From: an uncultured Lentimicrobiaceae bacterium
GTDB taxonomy: Bacteria; Bacteroidota; Bacteroidia; Bacteroidales; UBA4417
Length of the DNA: 64,000 nt
Reading direction: 5' to 3'
Assembly (NCBI GenBank): GCA_964544545.1
Contig: CAZJCG010000015.1
Coordinates: forward strand, 6,735-70,734
Within the stretch, counting starts at the first letter, position 1, and each line of letters starts with the position of its first letter. Of the stretch, positions 1 to 9,807 are shown in pieces. The translations under genes were made by a program, and so were the position numbers. The notes under the pieces are model-generated. The model was not told the DNA's origin. It did no database searches and worked only from the letters and a program-made list of their open reading frames with translations.

Positions 1-1409
1 TAATAGTTTCCGCCGGCAGGAGCATCGATATAAAAAGCAGGTGTTTTCTGTTTCTTGATCGTTGCAACAGCATTCACTGCCTCATCTTTTGAAATGAAGG
101 CATCGCACAGATTGCAGGCAGCAAATTCAGCCGGTAAAGTTCCCAGTTGTAATGCGGCAACAGCTCCTTCGCGGTAGCCGGTTATCGTCCGGAAACGGTA
201 ACCTTTCCTGGCCCGGTATATGCGCTCCACAGTCCTTATCTCACTCCTCAGGGCAGCAGTATCTTCGCCAGGAAGAAATGCGAGGATCACAGGGAGCAGC
301 ATATTGCATTCCGTTTCTTTTGCTACTGCATCTGCGATATCTGACTGCAGGGAACGATCCCGGATCCCGGCAAAATACATTACCGGAAATCGCCGGTCGG
401 TTGAGGAGTATCCTTCAGGCAGAAAAACCTGTATGCCTTCCGGTTCCTCACCTGACAAGCTTTTCGCATTACAGTTGCGAGTACCGGCTTCATCGGAAGC
501 CGTATCACCCCTGTATGGAACCGAGCTGAAGGCATCGCTCATGAAGCGCAGCGCGTTGGGAAGGGCCGATGTCCAGTATTGGAAGCTGTGTCCGCCGTCC
601 CTGACCCTGAATTCATGATGAATGTTCAGGTTGCGCATCAGGATGTGAAGTTCTTCATTGCTGCGGCAGAGCGTCTGCTCATCATCGCCGTTGTCAATAT
701 AGATCCGGAGATTACTGATTCGGGCTGCCGGCATATCTTTGAGCAGGTGAAACGGGCTGTGGGAACGGTAATACGGGGTAATCCTTTCTTCTCCTGTCTT
801 CCCTTCAGCACCGAAGATACTGCCCCATTGCTTATCCCATCCGGAGGCTTCTTCTGTCATATATTGCTCATCAGTCCTCACCGAAATGCTGAGTGGAACG
901 GTTGCCCCAAACACGTCGGGATGCTGCAGGGCAAGCATGAGAGCTCCGTAACCACCCATGGAGTACCCGATGAGGGCACGCTGGTCGTTACGGGGAATTG
1001 TCCGGAAAATACGATCGATATAGGGTACCAATTCCTGAATAAACATATCCTGGTATCGGCAGGAGTCATGATAGTCGTTCATGTAATAGGTCCTGAAACC
1101 CTGAGGCATCACGAATATCATCGGAACTATCTCGCTTCGGGCTGTTGCCGCGTATGCATATTGACTGATCTGACCGTATTCGAGCCAGGAGCTTTCGTCA
1201 TCGCCCAGACCGTGCAGCATGTATACCACCGGATAGGATGAACTGCTTGTATAGTAATCCTGTGGCAGGCAAACGGAGAAACGGATATCCTGTTGCAGTA
1301 TCCGGCTGTGCATCACCATTCCTTCCCGGATCAGCAGGCCGTTGCCTGCCCCGGCAAAGTTTGCTGCAAGCAGGCATATCATTAAGAAGGTCACCGTTTT
1401 CCTGATCAT
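1..1409 (-). CDS. Tandem-domain putative esterase (CE1/esterase-D-like alpha/beta hydrolase); 3' end lies outside the window
   Basis: My own reverse translation from ATG at 1409-1407 gives MIRKTVTFLMICLLAANFAG (signal peptide), then YPVVYMLHGLGDDESSW and a nucleophile elbow GYSMGGYGAL. The frame appears open to position 1, which explains its absence from the complete-ORF track. The + strand ORFs at 152-1241 are its shadows. The start overlaps the upstream stop (ATGA at 1406-1409). Confidence 0.8.
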   Translation of the reverse strand, partial: MIRKTVTFLMICLLAANFAGAGNGLLIREGMVMHSRILQQDIRFSVCLPQDYYTSSSSYPVVYMLHGLGDDESSWLEYGQISQYAYAATARSEIVPMIFVMPQGFRTYYMNDYHDSCRYQDMFIQELVPYIDRIFRTIPRNDQRALIGYSMGGYGALMLALQHPDVFGATVPLSISVRTDEQYMTEEASGWDKQWGSIFGAEGKTGEERITPYYRSHSPFHLLKDMPAARISNLRIYIDNGDDEQTLCRSNEELHILMRNLNIHHEFRVRDGGHSFQYWTSALPNALRFMSDAFSSVPYRGDTASDEAGTRNCNAKSLSGEEPEGIQVFLPEGYSSTDRRFPVMYFAGIRDRSLQSDIADAVAKETECNMLLPVILAFLPGEDTAALRSEIRTVERIYRARKGYRFRTITGYREGAVAALQLGTLPAEFAACNLCDAFISKDEAVNAVATIKKQKTPAFYIDAPAGGNY

Positions 1410-3031
1410 AAGCCCGTGTATGTAAGATGTTGATTCATAAATCCGTAGGATTCATAAAGGCCGTTCAGAAATGATCTGTGATTCTGAACACCCTGACCAA
1501 TCCTGAATTCATAGTCGGCTTCATTTTGCCGGAAAGAAGCATACAGGGAATTGTATCCTTTATAGTAATCTCCCTTATCACAACTATACAGGTAGTAAGC
1601 CATTCCCGGGTTGAACGCATCGGCATTTGCCGGCAGGCTTGCATCGAAAAGGAGGCAGCCATTCAAAGTACTTTCGGGTTCCAGGGATATTTCCCAGGCC
1701 TGTGCGCCGCCTCTGCCATTCCCAAGAAGAATTGACTTCCTCAGGTCGTTGCTGACCCTGTATTTTACACGGACCTGATCAATAATCTGTCCGAGTGCCG
1801 CAGCAGAAAGATCTGTCGCCGTTACCGGGATCTCCACAACCAGCGATTGCGGGCATTTGTTCTGATCCATCTGATAAGCCAGCAGTGAGTAAAGATCCTG
1901 CGATTCTGTTTCCTCATAGCCGGTGGTACGGTCATGAAGAGCAATGATCAATGGAAAGCGGGCGGCAGTATCGGAATAGACTTCAGGCAACACTACATTG
2001 TATACCAACGAATTATCAGGGCTTGTCTCATGCTTTATTCTGCTCTCGGGAACCGGTAAACCTGTATACAGACGATCCGGCTCATCCGGATATTGTATTT
2101 GCCTGACCGCACATCCAATGAAGCGGAGAGCTTCCGGTAGTGCGCTATGCCAGTAGTCCCAGGTATGCGCTCCGTTCCTGACCCTGTATTCATGCGGTAT
2201 TCCCTGCTCCCTCATGATTGAATGCAACGCATTATTCGTAATGGATAGAGTCTCCTCATCGTCGCCGCAATCCAGGAAAAGGGCAAGGTCGTTCAGGGAG
2301 GCGTTCTCCGGAGGATTCATGAAATGGAACGGGCTGTATTCCTTATAATACTCCGTTATCCGCTGTTCGCCGACGGATCCCGATCCGCCGAAAATCGATC
2401 CCCATTGCAGGTCAAAGACGCCCTGCGGTTCCGCCATATATTGTTCATCGGTACGGAACGACATACTGAGGACCACACCTGTTTTAAATACTTCCGGATG
2501 TTTGGCCGGCAGAATAAGTGCGCCATATCCTCCCATCGAATATCCCATCACGGCCCTGTACTGTGCCCCCCGCTGCGTCCGGTAAAGTGAGTCAATCGCC
2601 GGAACAAGCTCATCGACAAACATGTCCATGTAATCGAAGCTGCCGTTGTAACGGTTCACGTAATAGGAATTATATCCCTCGGGCATTACATAGATCATCG
2701 GTATTGTTCCTGAGGAATATCTATCAAGATAGTATTGAAAATAACCTCCCTTATACCATCCTGTTTCCGATTCGCCGAAGCCATGCAACAGAAAAACCAC
2801 GGGGTAGTCAATCGTTGTCTTGTCGTAATCGGCAGGCAGCAATACTGCATATTTCACCGGACGCCCAAGCACGTGGCTTTGCAGGACCTGATTTTCCACC
2901 AGTCGATTGAAGACAACCGGTTCTTCCGGATCATCTTCGCACGACGACTTCCGGCATCCGGATGCCCCAAAGAAAAGGGCCAGCAGGAATATGCCGGTAA
3001 TCAATGGTATGAAGATTTTCCTGTACATCAT
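1406..3031 (-). CDS. Tandem-domain putative esterase (CE1/esterase-D-like), lipoprotein
   Basis: 541 aa. N-terminus MMYRKIFIPLITGIFLLALFFGASGC is a lipobox. Motifs: YPVVFLLHGFGESETGW and GYSMGGYGAL (GxSxG). The second half repeats the fold, but the elbow reads LLGNGRGGAQAW with no serine. Confidence 0.85.
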   Translation of the reverse strand: MMYRKIFIPLITGIFLLALFFGASGCRKSSCEDDPEEPVVFNRLVENQVLQSHVLGRPVKYAVLLPADYDKTTIDYPVVFLLHGFGESETGWYKGGYFQYYLDRYSSGTIPMIYVMPEGYNSYYVNRYNGSFDYMDMFVDELVPAIDSLYRTQRGAQYRAVMGYSMGGYGALILPAKHPEVFKTGVVLSMSFRTDEQYMAEPQGVFDLQWGSIFGGSGSVGEQRITEYYKEYSPFHFMNPPENASLNDLALFLDCGDDEETLSITNNALHSIMREQGIPHEYRVRNGAHTWDYWHSALPEALRFIGCAVRQIQYPDEPDRLYTGLPVPESRIKHETSPDNSLVYNVVLPEVYSDTAARFPLIIALHDRTTGYEETESQDLYSLLAYQMDQNKCPQSLVVEIPVTATDLSAAALGQIIDQVRVKYRVSNDLRKSILLGNGRGGAQAWEISLEPESTLNGCLLFDASLPANADAFNPGMAYYLYSCDKGDYYKGYNSLYASFRQNEADYEFRIGQGVQNHRSFLNGLYESYGFMNQHLTYTGL

Positions 3032-3038
3032 TGTTCTT

Positions 3039-4610
3039 CTATTTTACATTTCCGGGGTTGAGCATCGGGGCCGGCTTATCGCCGTAAACCACGTACGACT
3101 TCAGATAGATCCTGAAATCCGGATCAGGGTTCACCCATTTGATCTCCAGTTTATGGGCCCCGTTCGGCAGCATGTATTTATAATAGATGTCGTATTTACG
3201 AACGATATAATCGAAGGGCATCCTGACCTGTTCCGTCTTTTTACCATCGATATACACATCGAGCAGAGCGACAAAATCGCTTCCCGACAGGTCGCAGCGG
3301 CTTCTGACATTCCCCAGCACCACAATGCCGTTTCCGGTGAAATCGATTTTGATGCTTTCATCCAGGAAATCTTTCCGTACAAGTAATTCCTTAACGGGAT
3401 ACATCCCTTCGAAGGATTGTTCCAGCCGCAGCACTTCAGGTTGCTGCACTTTGATAGTGACCTGACCGTTTTTGATCTCACCGCCATTGCCGGTAATAAG
3501 CTGCGTTGCATGTTTATAGCTCAGGTCGTACACCTGGTTCAGGGTCATATCGGTATAGGGGAATTTCAGGTCCTGAACCTTTTCGATGGCCGGTTTCCAG
3601 AAGGCCGGGATCTTGTCGTAGCCAAGCACGACACCCAATATGCCGGCAGCAGTTGCCGGATTGCAGTCTGAATCCTGTCCGCAACGCGTGGCAATGTCCA
3701 TGGTCCTGTAAAAGTCTTTTTCTCCATAGAGGAGCCCCATAACGACATAGGCTGCATTCACGCTGGCATCTATGTTAAAGGCGTTGAACACCCCTTCGGG
3801 GCAGCCCTTCTCGGAAGTATGTTTCTTTTCAAATTCGAACCAGCATTGTTTCCAGTCGTTGGGATACTTTTTATGCCATTTCAGTACGTCGTCGATAGCC
3901 TGATAGAATTTGCTTTGCTGCGGAACGGGCTTCAGTCCCTCCCTGACGATGAATTCAATATCATCCGAAATAAAAGCGGTACTGTACATTCCGGCCATGA
4001 AAACGCCGCCGTACCATCCATCGCCATAGTTCATGATATGTCCGGTCCGGTCACAGATCTCCGCTGCCGAGTTAATCATTCCGGGCGCCATCATTCCGGC
4101 GAAATCGGCTTCAATCTGGAAATCGATATCATCAGCATGGGGATTGTTCATCCAGTAGCCTGAAGCAGGAGGCATGATGCCGTTAAGGATATTGTAACGG
4201 GCGGCCTGGTTGGCATGCCAGAGCTTATAATCATCATGGGCAAAGGAGAGAGCGAATGAATCGGCAGGAGCATGGATACCCAGGCGTTCGATCACCTCCA
4301 CAAAGGTCAGGTCCATGTAAACATCGTCGTATAAACCGGGATCGGATTCGAAGATCTCTTTAATATAATCATCATACCACACCATAGGCTGATAATCCTG
4401 GATCATAGTCCCTTTGAACCGGAATTCCGTAGGTCCGCCAAATGTGCAACCAATAGTCTGCCCTGCCCATCCACCTTTGATCTTGTCCTTCAGGACCTCC
4501 ACAGGGATCGTTACCCTTTCGGGCAGACTGCCGGTTTTATGCCCTTTCTCCCTGCAGGAGGTGATGAGCAGTGCCGGCAGTATAAACAGGACTATCCATG
4601 CACGTTTCAT
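3039..4610 (-). CDS. Exported ADP-ribosylglycohydrolase (ARH)-fold protein with C-terminal beta-sandwich module, lipoprotein
   Basis: 523 aa. Lipobox LLITSC. ARH-family-like acidic clusters PGLYDDVYMDLTF and CGQDSDCNPATAAGILGV (compare the canonical GGDTDTnAAIaG). About 130 aa C-terminal extension. The start overlaps the upstream stop (ATGA 4607-4610). Confidence 0.8.
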   Translation of the reverse strand: MKRAWIVLFILPALLITSCREKGHKTGSLPERVTIPVEVLKDKIKGGWAGQTIGCTFGGPTEFRFKGTMIQDYQPMVWYDDYIKEIFESDPGLYDDVYMDLTFVEVIERLGIHAPADSFALSFAHDDYKLWHANQAARYNILNGIMPPASGYWMNNPHADDIDFQIEADFAGMMAPGMINSAAEICDRTGHIMNYGDGWYGGVFMAGMYSTAFISDDIEFIVREGLKPVPQQSKFYQAIDDVLKWHKKYPNDWKQCWFEFEKKHTSEKGCPEGVFNAFNIDASVNAAYVVMGLLYGEKDFYRTMDIATRCGQDSDCNPATAAGILGVVLGYDKIPAFWKPAIEKVQDLKFPYTDMTLNQVYDLSYKHATQLITGNGGEIKNGQVTIKVQQPEVLRLEQSFEGMYPVKELLVRKDFLDESIKIDFTGNGIVVLGNVRSRCDLSGSDFVALLDVYIDGKKTEQVRMPFDYIVRKYDIYYKYMLPNGAHKLEIKWVNPDPDFRIYLKSYVVYGDKPAPMLNPGNVK

Positions 4611-6253
4611 GGTCTTTCAGGATTAGGTAAATTGCTTTCAGGCTGCTTTTCCGAGTACACAACTATGTCGTTGATCCGGATTTCGTATCCGGGCGCAGGA
4701 TTTCGCCATTTGAGCGTCACATTGTGCTTTCCTTCTGTCAGTTGATATTTCCATGCAGGCTCAAGCCGCCTCGAAGTGTTTTTCATGGGCAGTTTTACCA
4801 GTCCGTCCGGCTTACCGTCAATTGTCACCTCCACTTCTGCCACGTAAGGATCATCCGGTTCGGCAAGCGCCATGGCTTCCGATCCGGCACGTTTGGCTAT
4901 CCGGTCGATATAGCTCTTATCGATCTTTGCATTCTTCACCAGGTTCCCGTAAAAGATAAAACCATTCCCCTGGAAGTCGTAAGAGAGTTCATCGGTGAAT
5001 GATTTATCGAACCTGTCGCGGTAAACGGGAAAGGTATTCTCAAAGTTCTGTTCGAAAGCTACCGGAGCGATCTTTTTGACAGGGATAACGATCGTATCTC
5101 CATCCGTTTTTCCTCCGGCTTTCGTGATCATTTCGAGGGCATGCCTGAGGCTGATATCATAAACTTTCTGAAGCGACATGGATGTTCCTTCGAAGGTCAT
5201 GGGCTCTATTTCCTGAAGAGGCTCCAGCCAGAAGGCCGGGATGTGGGAATACCCAAGTATCACCCCCAGAACACCGCCAACCGTAGAAGCATTGCAGTCG
5301 GAATCCTGCCCGCAGCGCGTTGCAATGTCAACCGACCGCGTAAAATCACCCTTCCCGTAAAGCAATGCCAGTGCCACATAAGCCGAGTTGATCTTTGCAT
5401 CGATGTTGAATGACAGGAAGACGCCCTTGGGGCATCCTACATCCCTGTCCCATTTCTTCTGGAGTTCAAACCAGGCTGATTTCCAGTCATCCGGGTACTG
5501 CTTATAGAAACTCAACACATCACTGATGCAATCATGGAATTTCGTTTTTGCCGGTATCACCGACAAGGCTCCGCTGACAAGTTTTTCAGGATCGCTGGTG
5601 GTAAAAGCCTGGGAATAGAGACTTGAAACAAAAACACCTCCGTACCATCCGTCGCCGCTGTTCATGATATGCCCCACACGGTCGGCGATTTCAGCCGCTT
5701 CATTCGGAAGCCCCGGTGACATGATACCGATAAAATCCGATTCGATCTGGAAGTCCAGGTCATCCGCATGGGGATTGTTCTTCCAGTTTCCCGATGCAGG
5801 GGGCATGATTCCCTGCAGGATATTGTACCGGGAAGCCTGGTTAGCATGGGCAAGGTGATATTCGGCTCCGGCCCAGCAGGTAGCAATCGTATCCCTGGAG
5901 ACATCGAGGCCATATTTTTCAAACATGCTCACGAAGTTCAGGTCTGTATAAATATCATCGAAAAGACCGGGTTTTTTATCCCACCAGTATTTCACATAAT
6001 GCCGGTTCCAGGGGATGATCTGCCAGTCGTTGATGAGAGCTCCCTGATACTTGAATTCAACCGGGGCTCCGTATACCACACCGATCGTCTGGCCGGCCCA
6101 TCCCCCTTTGATCTTATCGGCCAGCACCGTTTTCGGAATGCTGAATGATTCCTTGTCTTTCCCATCGGTTGCAGACTGGCGGCAGCTGACGCCTGCCAGC
6201 ATCAGTGCCAGCAAGGCGGGAATAAGGATATGGTTCAGGTTGAGCTTGAGCAT
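4607..6253 (-). CDS. Exported ARH-fold protein, paralogue of 3039-4610, lipoprotein
   Basis: 548 aa. Lipobox MLAGVSC. Same architecture, and collinear by eye with the neighbouring protein (KGGWAGQTIG, PGLFDDIYTDLNF, CGQDSDCNASTVGGVLGV). Confidence 0.8.
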   Translation of the reverse strand: MLKLNLNHILIPALLALMLAGVSCRQSATDGKDKESFSIPKTVLADKIKGGWAGQTIGVVYGAPVEFKYQGALINDWQIIPWNRHYVKYWWDKKPGLFDDIYTDLNFVSMFEKYGLDVSRDTIATCWAGAEYHLAHANQASRYNILQGIMPPASGNWKNNPHADDLDFQIESDFIGIMSPGLPNEAAEIADRVGHIMNSGDGWYGGVFVSSLYSQAFTTSDPEKLVSGALSVIPAKTKFHDCISDVLSFYKQYPDDWKSAWFELQKKWDRDVGCPKGVFLSFNIDAKINSAYVALALLYGKGDFTRSVDIATRCGQDSDCNASTVGGVLGVILGYSHIPAFWLEPLQEIEPMTFEGTSMSLQKVYDISLRHALEMITKAGGKTDGDTIVIPVKKIAPVAFEQNFENTFPVYRDRFDKSFTDELSYDFQGNGFIFYGNLVKNAKIDKSYIDRIAKRAGSEAMALAEPDDPYVAEVEVTIDGKPDGLVKLPMKNTSRRLEPAWKYQLTEGKHNVTLKWRNPAPGYEIRINDIVVYSEKQPESNLPNPERP

Positions 6254-6263
6254 GGCTGATGAG

Positions 6264-8252
6264 TTAGTGATACACCGACAATTCTGTTACCGACGTAAAT
6301 CCCGATACATTCTTTGTATACTTGTTCCAGTGATCCTGGACCTTGGCATCTCCGATTACCCGGATAGCCGTGGTGGTAACGGTCGGGAAACTGATGACAT
6401 ACTCCACAAAATGGGGCTGATAAAATACTATATCGGTTGCCGGTAACGGAGGATCAATCTGCGAACCGCACACCGGCACCCATTTGCCTTCATTGTTCAG
6501 GTATTGTACCTCGAGAGAGGTGAACCAGCCGCCGAATTCTTCCAGACAGCCGGTATGCAATGCCAGCATGCTGATTTGCTGCGGTGTCTTCCAGGAATAA
6601 CCGTAATAGTCGACCTTGGGCAGCTTTGATTTGGCGGCAAGGCTGTAAAATACCGAGCCGGGGCCGTCAACGATCCCGTCGTTCAGCACATCTACACTCC
6701 TGGCATACATGGATTTCCCGAAAGTATACCAGCAGGAATCGAGAACGCTCTCGTTGAGGATTCTCACATTGGCGATGACAGAATCGGCCGTGGGAGCAAT
6801 ATTGGGTTTACGCACAAGCAGATGGAACTGCTTTGTCCGCGTTTCGGTTCCGTTGCCAACCTGCAAAGTAATGTCATAATAGCCTGGTTTTCCCGGAATA
6901 CCTGTGAGCCTGCCCTTATCGAATTTCAGTCCTTCAGGGAGATTTCCCGAAACAAGGCTCCAGTCGTAAATCCGTGTTGCCTGTGTATAGAAGTTGAAGT
7001 CAACCGGTTTGCCGACTTCGAGGTGAGGCAACGGCCCGACTGCAAACTCCAGGGGCGGATTGAACAACGCATCCGTCTTGATGTAAAGCACCTGATTGCC
7101 GGGCTTGCCGGTCAGTTTGCCACCTTTCAGGAGGATGGTCTTGATGGCTGCATCCAGGGTCTTATCAATGATGGAAGAGATATCTGCATCAGGCAGATCG
7201 TAACGGGTAATGTTGATATATCTGTTATTGAAAGGTTGTGTCCATCCTTCCACCGGAAGGTAGAGGTTTGCCGGAAGGCCTTTCATACCGTTGATCACGC
7301 CGAGCAGTCCGGCAACCGTGGCAGCCTGGTTATCGGCATCAAAGCCCATGGCGCACGCCAGGTCGAGGGTACGCTGGAAATCGCCGTTACCATATAACAT
7401 TGCCAGGATGGCGCAGGCGCCGTTCAGGTTTGCGTTCCAGATAGTCCGTGTCATGTCCGGCTCTTTGACATAATATTTATCAGCCATCTCCTGCCGGGCG
7501 GCTTTCCAGTCGGAAGGATATTTGGCATGCAGGGCGATCATATCCCTTACAGTGCCGGCATAGCGGCTGTCGGGCGGAAGCTGCTGAAGTCCGATCTGGA
7601 TAAGCTTGCGGATATCTTTCTCGAAAAATGCGGCAGCATACATGGCACCATAATGTACGGTCGGCTCGGCGCCCCAGCTGTCGCTGGTGATGCGGGCAAC
7701 CCAATCGGACTTTGAAGCAGCATATTTCACCATCCCGGGAGCCGTTACAGCCCACACTTCATTGATCAGCTGCGGGTCGATCTGATACCAGTGCGGATTC
7801 AGGTTTTTATCACCGGTAAAAGGCGGCGTATACCCGAAATGCATCAGGCCGAGAGCTCCTCTGTTGGCAAGCCACACGCGGTCGCGGATATGATACATCC
7901 AGGCATCCCGGAGGTTGGCATAACTGGGTTCGGGACCATATTTCTCCATCTGAAGGACATACATGTATTCCACATCCGTATCGTCATCGGAGAAGGCGCC
8001 GCCGTATTTCTTCAGCTTTTCCAGGTTCTTGGTGTAGCCATACGGCCAGTTTTCGGGCCCCGGCATCTGTACATACTTGTTCTCATGAGGCAGCCCATAG
8101 ATATTCCCGATCATCTGTCCGACCCATTCGGCAGCGATCTTGTCCCGAAGTTCCGACACAGTGATCTTCCGGTAATTGCTTCCGGCAGCTGTATTGATCA
8201 TCAGTCCGGCCAGGAAGATCAGTAGCGTCAATCCACGATCTGCTCTTTTCAT
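6264..8252 (-). CDS. Exported ARH-fold protein fused to Ig-like and discoidin/F5-8-type-C-like modules
   Basis: 662 aa with a signal peptide. Acidic clusters GAFSDDDTDVEYMY and GFDADNQAATVAGLLGV. Then an Ig-like segment (LPEGLKFDKGRLTGIPGKPGYYDITLQV) and a ~170 aa C-terminal beta-sandwich. Confidence 0.8.
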   Translation of the reverse strand: MKRADRGLTLLIFLAGLMINTAAGSNYRKITVSELRDKIAAEWVGQMIGNIYGLPHENKYVQMPGPENWPYGYTKNLEKLKKYGGAFSDDDTDVEYMYVLQMEKYGPEPSYANLRDAWMYHIRDRVWLANRGALGLMHFGYTPPFTGDKNLNPHWYQIDPQLINEVWAVTAPGMVKYAASKSDWVARITSDSWGAEPTVHYGAMYAAAFFEKDIRKLIQIGLQQLPPDSRYAGTVRDMIALHAKYPSDWKAARQEMADKYYVKEPDMTRTIWNANLNGACAILAMLYGNGDFQRTLDLACAMGFDADNQAATVAGLLGVINGMKGLPANLYLPVEGWTQPFNNRYINITRYDLPDADISSIIDKTLDAAIKTILLKGGKLTGKPGNQVLYIKTDALFNPPLEFAVGPLPHLEVGKPVDFNFYTQATRIYDWSLVSGNLPEGLKFDKGRLTGIPGKPGYYDITLQVGNGTETRTKQFHLLVRKPNIAPTADSVIANVRILNESVLDSCWYTFGKSMYARSVDVLNDGIVDGPGSVFYSLAAKSKLPKVDYYGYSWKTPQQISMLALHTGCLEEFGGWFTSLEVQYLNNEGKWVPVCGSQIDPPLPATDIVFYQPHFVEYVISFPTVTTTAIRVIGDAKVQDHWNKYTKNVSGFTSVTELSVYH

Positions 8253-8261
8253 ATTGTTTTA

Positions 8262-9788
8262 TTACAATGGGTTTTGAACCAGGTTTTTATTGGCATTCAG
8301 CACCGACTGAGGTATCGGGAAAAGCTTGGCATTGTTGCCCGACGGGGGTTTATTCCACCAGGCATTCCCCCAGGCGCCAAATCGAATCATATCCTGGCGG
8401 CGATGCCCTTCCCAGGCAAATTCGCGACCCAGCTCATCCAGAAATGCCGCGTTGGTCAGGTCGCTCACCGTGAGAGGTTCCAGCCCTGCACGGGTGCGTA
8501 TCTTCTGCAGGTCGGGATCGTTGATCATCTCCCCTGCCCTGCCAAGCCTCCACAAGGCTTCGAGCTTAGTGTAGAGGACGTCAGCATAGCGGAACAATAC
8601 AAAATCATTTTCCATGTCGGTGACGTAATACTCCAGCCCATCCTGGTATTCATATTTACAGCACCTTGCGCCTTCCCATTTCTTGCGGGCCATATAGTTC
8701 TCGATGGTGGAGGTGTAGATGAACGGCTCGTATTCATTGGTGCTTGCATTCAGGATGTAGATGTCATTTCCGTTCTTATCCTTCTGCTGTCCGCAAAGAA
8801 ACGAATTACGGCGCTTATCATTCCCCTGGTACTTTTCATAGAAATTCGGTTCAAGAACAAACTCATCCCACATGCCTCCCTTGAAATTAAAGGTCGCCCG
8901 GCTTGCATCGTTCAGCGTAAGCGTGTACCAATAGAAACGGTCCTTGGTATAAACCGCATCCATAGGGATTACAAAGATATTCTCCGTTGAGGATTCATTG
9001 TAAACTTTAAAATTGGCGAAATAGTCATTCTCGATCGAATAGCTGTTCAGGCCGATCACCTTGTTACAGGCATCAACGGCCTCCTGGTACATGTTCTGGC
9101 CGATCCATTCCTCAGCATTCAGGTACAGCTTGGCAAGCAGCGTATACGCCACCCCCTGTGTCACCCTGCCATAATAGGCGGTAGTGGGAACATCCTGCAA
9201 CTTATCGACATTGCCAAGTATCTCATCCTTAATGTATTGAAATACAAACTGTCGGTCCTTTTGTACAGGGAGATTCTTGTCGGTATAATCAATTGAGAAG
9301 GGAATGTTACCCCAGTTGTCGAGGGCCAGGTAATAGAAGTAAGCCCTGAGGATCTTTATTTCCGAGACCACCCGTTCTTTATCCGGGAAAGTGATCGGCG
9401 ACATCTCCGTTTCATAAATTACCTCGTTGCAGGCGCTGATACCTTCAAAAACATTGTTCCAGGCATAGGTAAGGATCTTGTTCGTGGGCGATACCTGGTG
9501 TTTCTGGATCTCATTCCAGCGACCGTTATCCCAGACAAATCCATCATCGCGGGCCGGCGCCACCATTTCGTCCGAAGCAAGTTCATCCAGCGTCCAGAGA
9601 CTGAATTCTTCGGGGTACCGCTGGAGTTTGGTATAGGCTCTTCCGGCATTCATCAGAACATCTTTCTCGGTATGGAAGAAATTATCAAGCGGGATGTCGG
9701 AATACACTGTTTCATCCAGTTTGGTGCAGGAGACAAATCCTGTAATAAAAACTGCGACAGTAAGGTAGGTAAATATCCTGGTTTTCAT
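8262..9788 (-). CDS. susD: RagB/SusD family nutrient-binding outer membrane lipoprotein
   Basis: 508 aa. Lipobox GFVSC. SusD-like helical N-terminus and typical C-terminal segment (EFAWEGHRRQDMIRFG). Located directly downstream of SusC. Confidence 0.9.
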   Translation of the reverse strand: MKTRIFTYLTVAVFITGFVSCTKLDETVYSDIPLDNFFHTEKDVLMNAGRAYTKLQRYPEEFSLWTLDELASDEMVAPARDDGFVWDNGRWNEIQKHQVSPTNKILTYAWNNVFEGISACNEVIYETEMSPITFPDKERVVSEIKILRAYFYYLALDNWGNIPFSIDYTDKNLPVQKDRQFVFQYIKDEILGNVDKLQDVPTTAYYGRVTQGVAYTLLAKLYLNAEEWIGQNMYQEAVDACNKVIGLNSYSIENDYFANFKVYNESSTENIFVIPMDAVYTKDRFYWYTLTLNDASRATFNFKGGMWDEFVLEPNFYEKYQGNDKRRNSFLCGQQKDKNGNDIYILNASTNEYEPFIYTSTIENYMARKKWEGARCCKYEYQDGLEYYVTDMENDFVLFRYADVLYTKLEALWRLGRAGEMINDPDLQKIRTRAGLEPLTVSDLTNAAFLDELGREFAWEGHRRQDMIRFGAWGNAWWNKPPSGNNAKLFPIPQSVLNANKNLVQNPL

Positions 9789-9807
9789 AACTGATTGTCG
9801 TTAACCG

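Noticed and set aside
152-1241. The + strand ORFs 152-529, 220-618 and 579-1241
   Set aside because: They are antisense shadows of the minus-strand esterase gene (1-1409), which has clear family motifs. The + strand translations are low-complexity with no recognisable motifs.
8274-8990. 238-aa + strand ORF inside susD (and similar ones at 6822-7397, 7791-8225 and 11379-12120 inside the ARH and susC genes)
   Set aside because: They are antisense to strongly supported genes and show no protein-like motifs.
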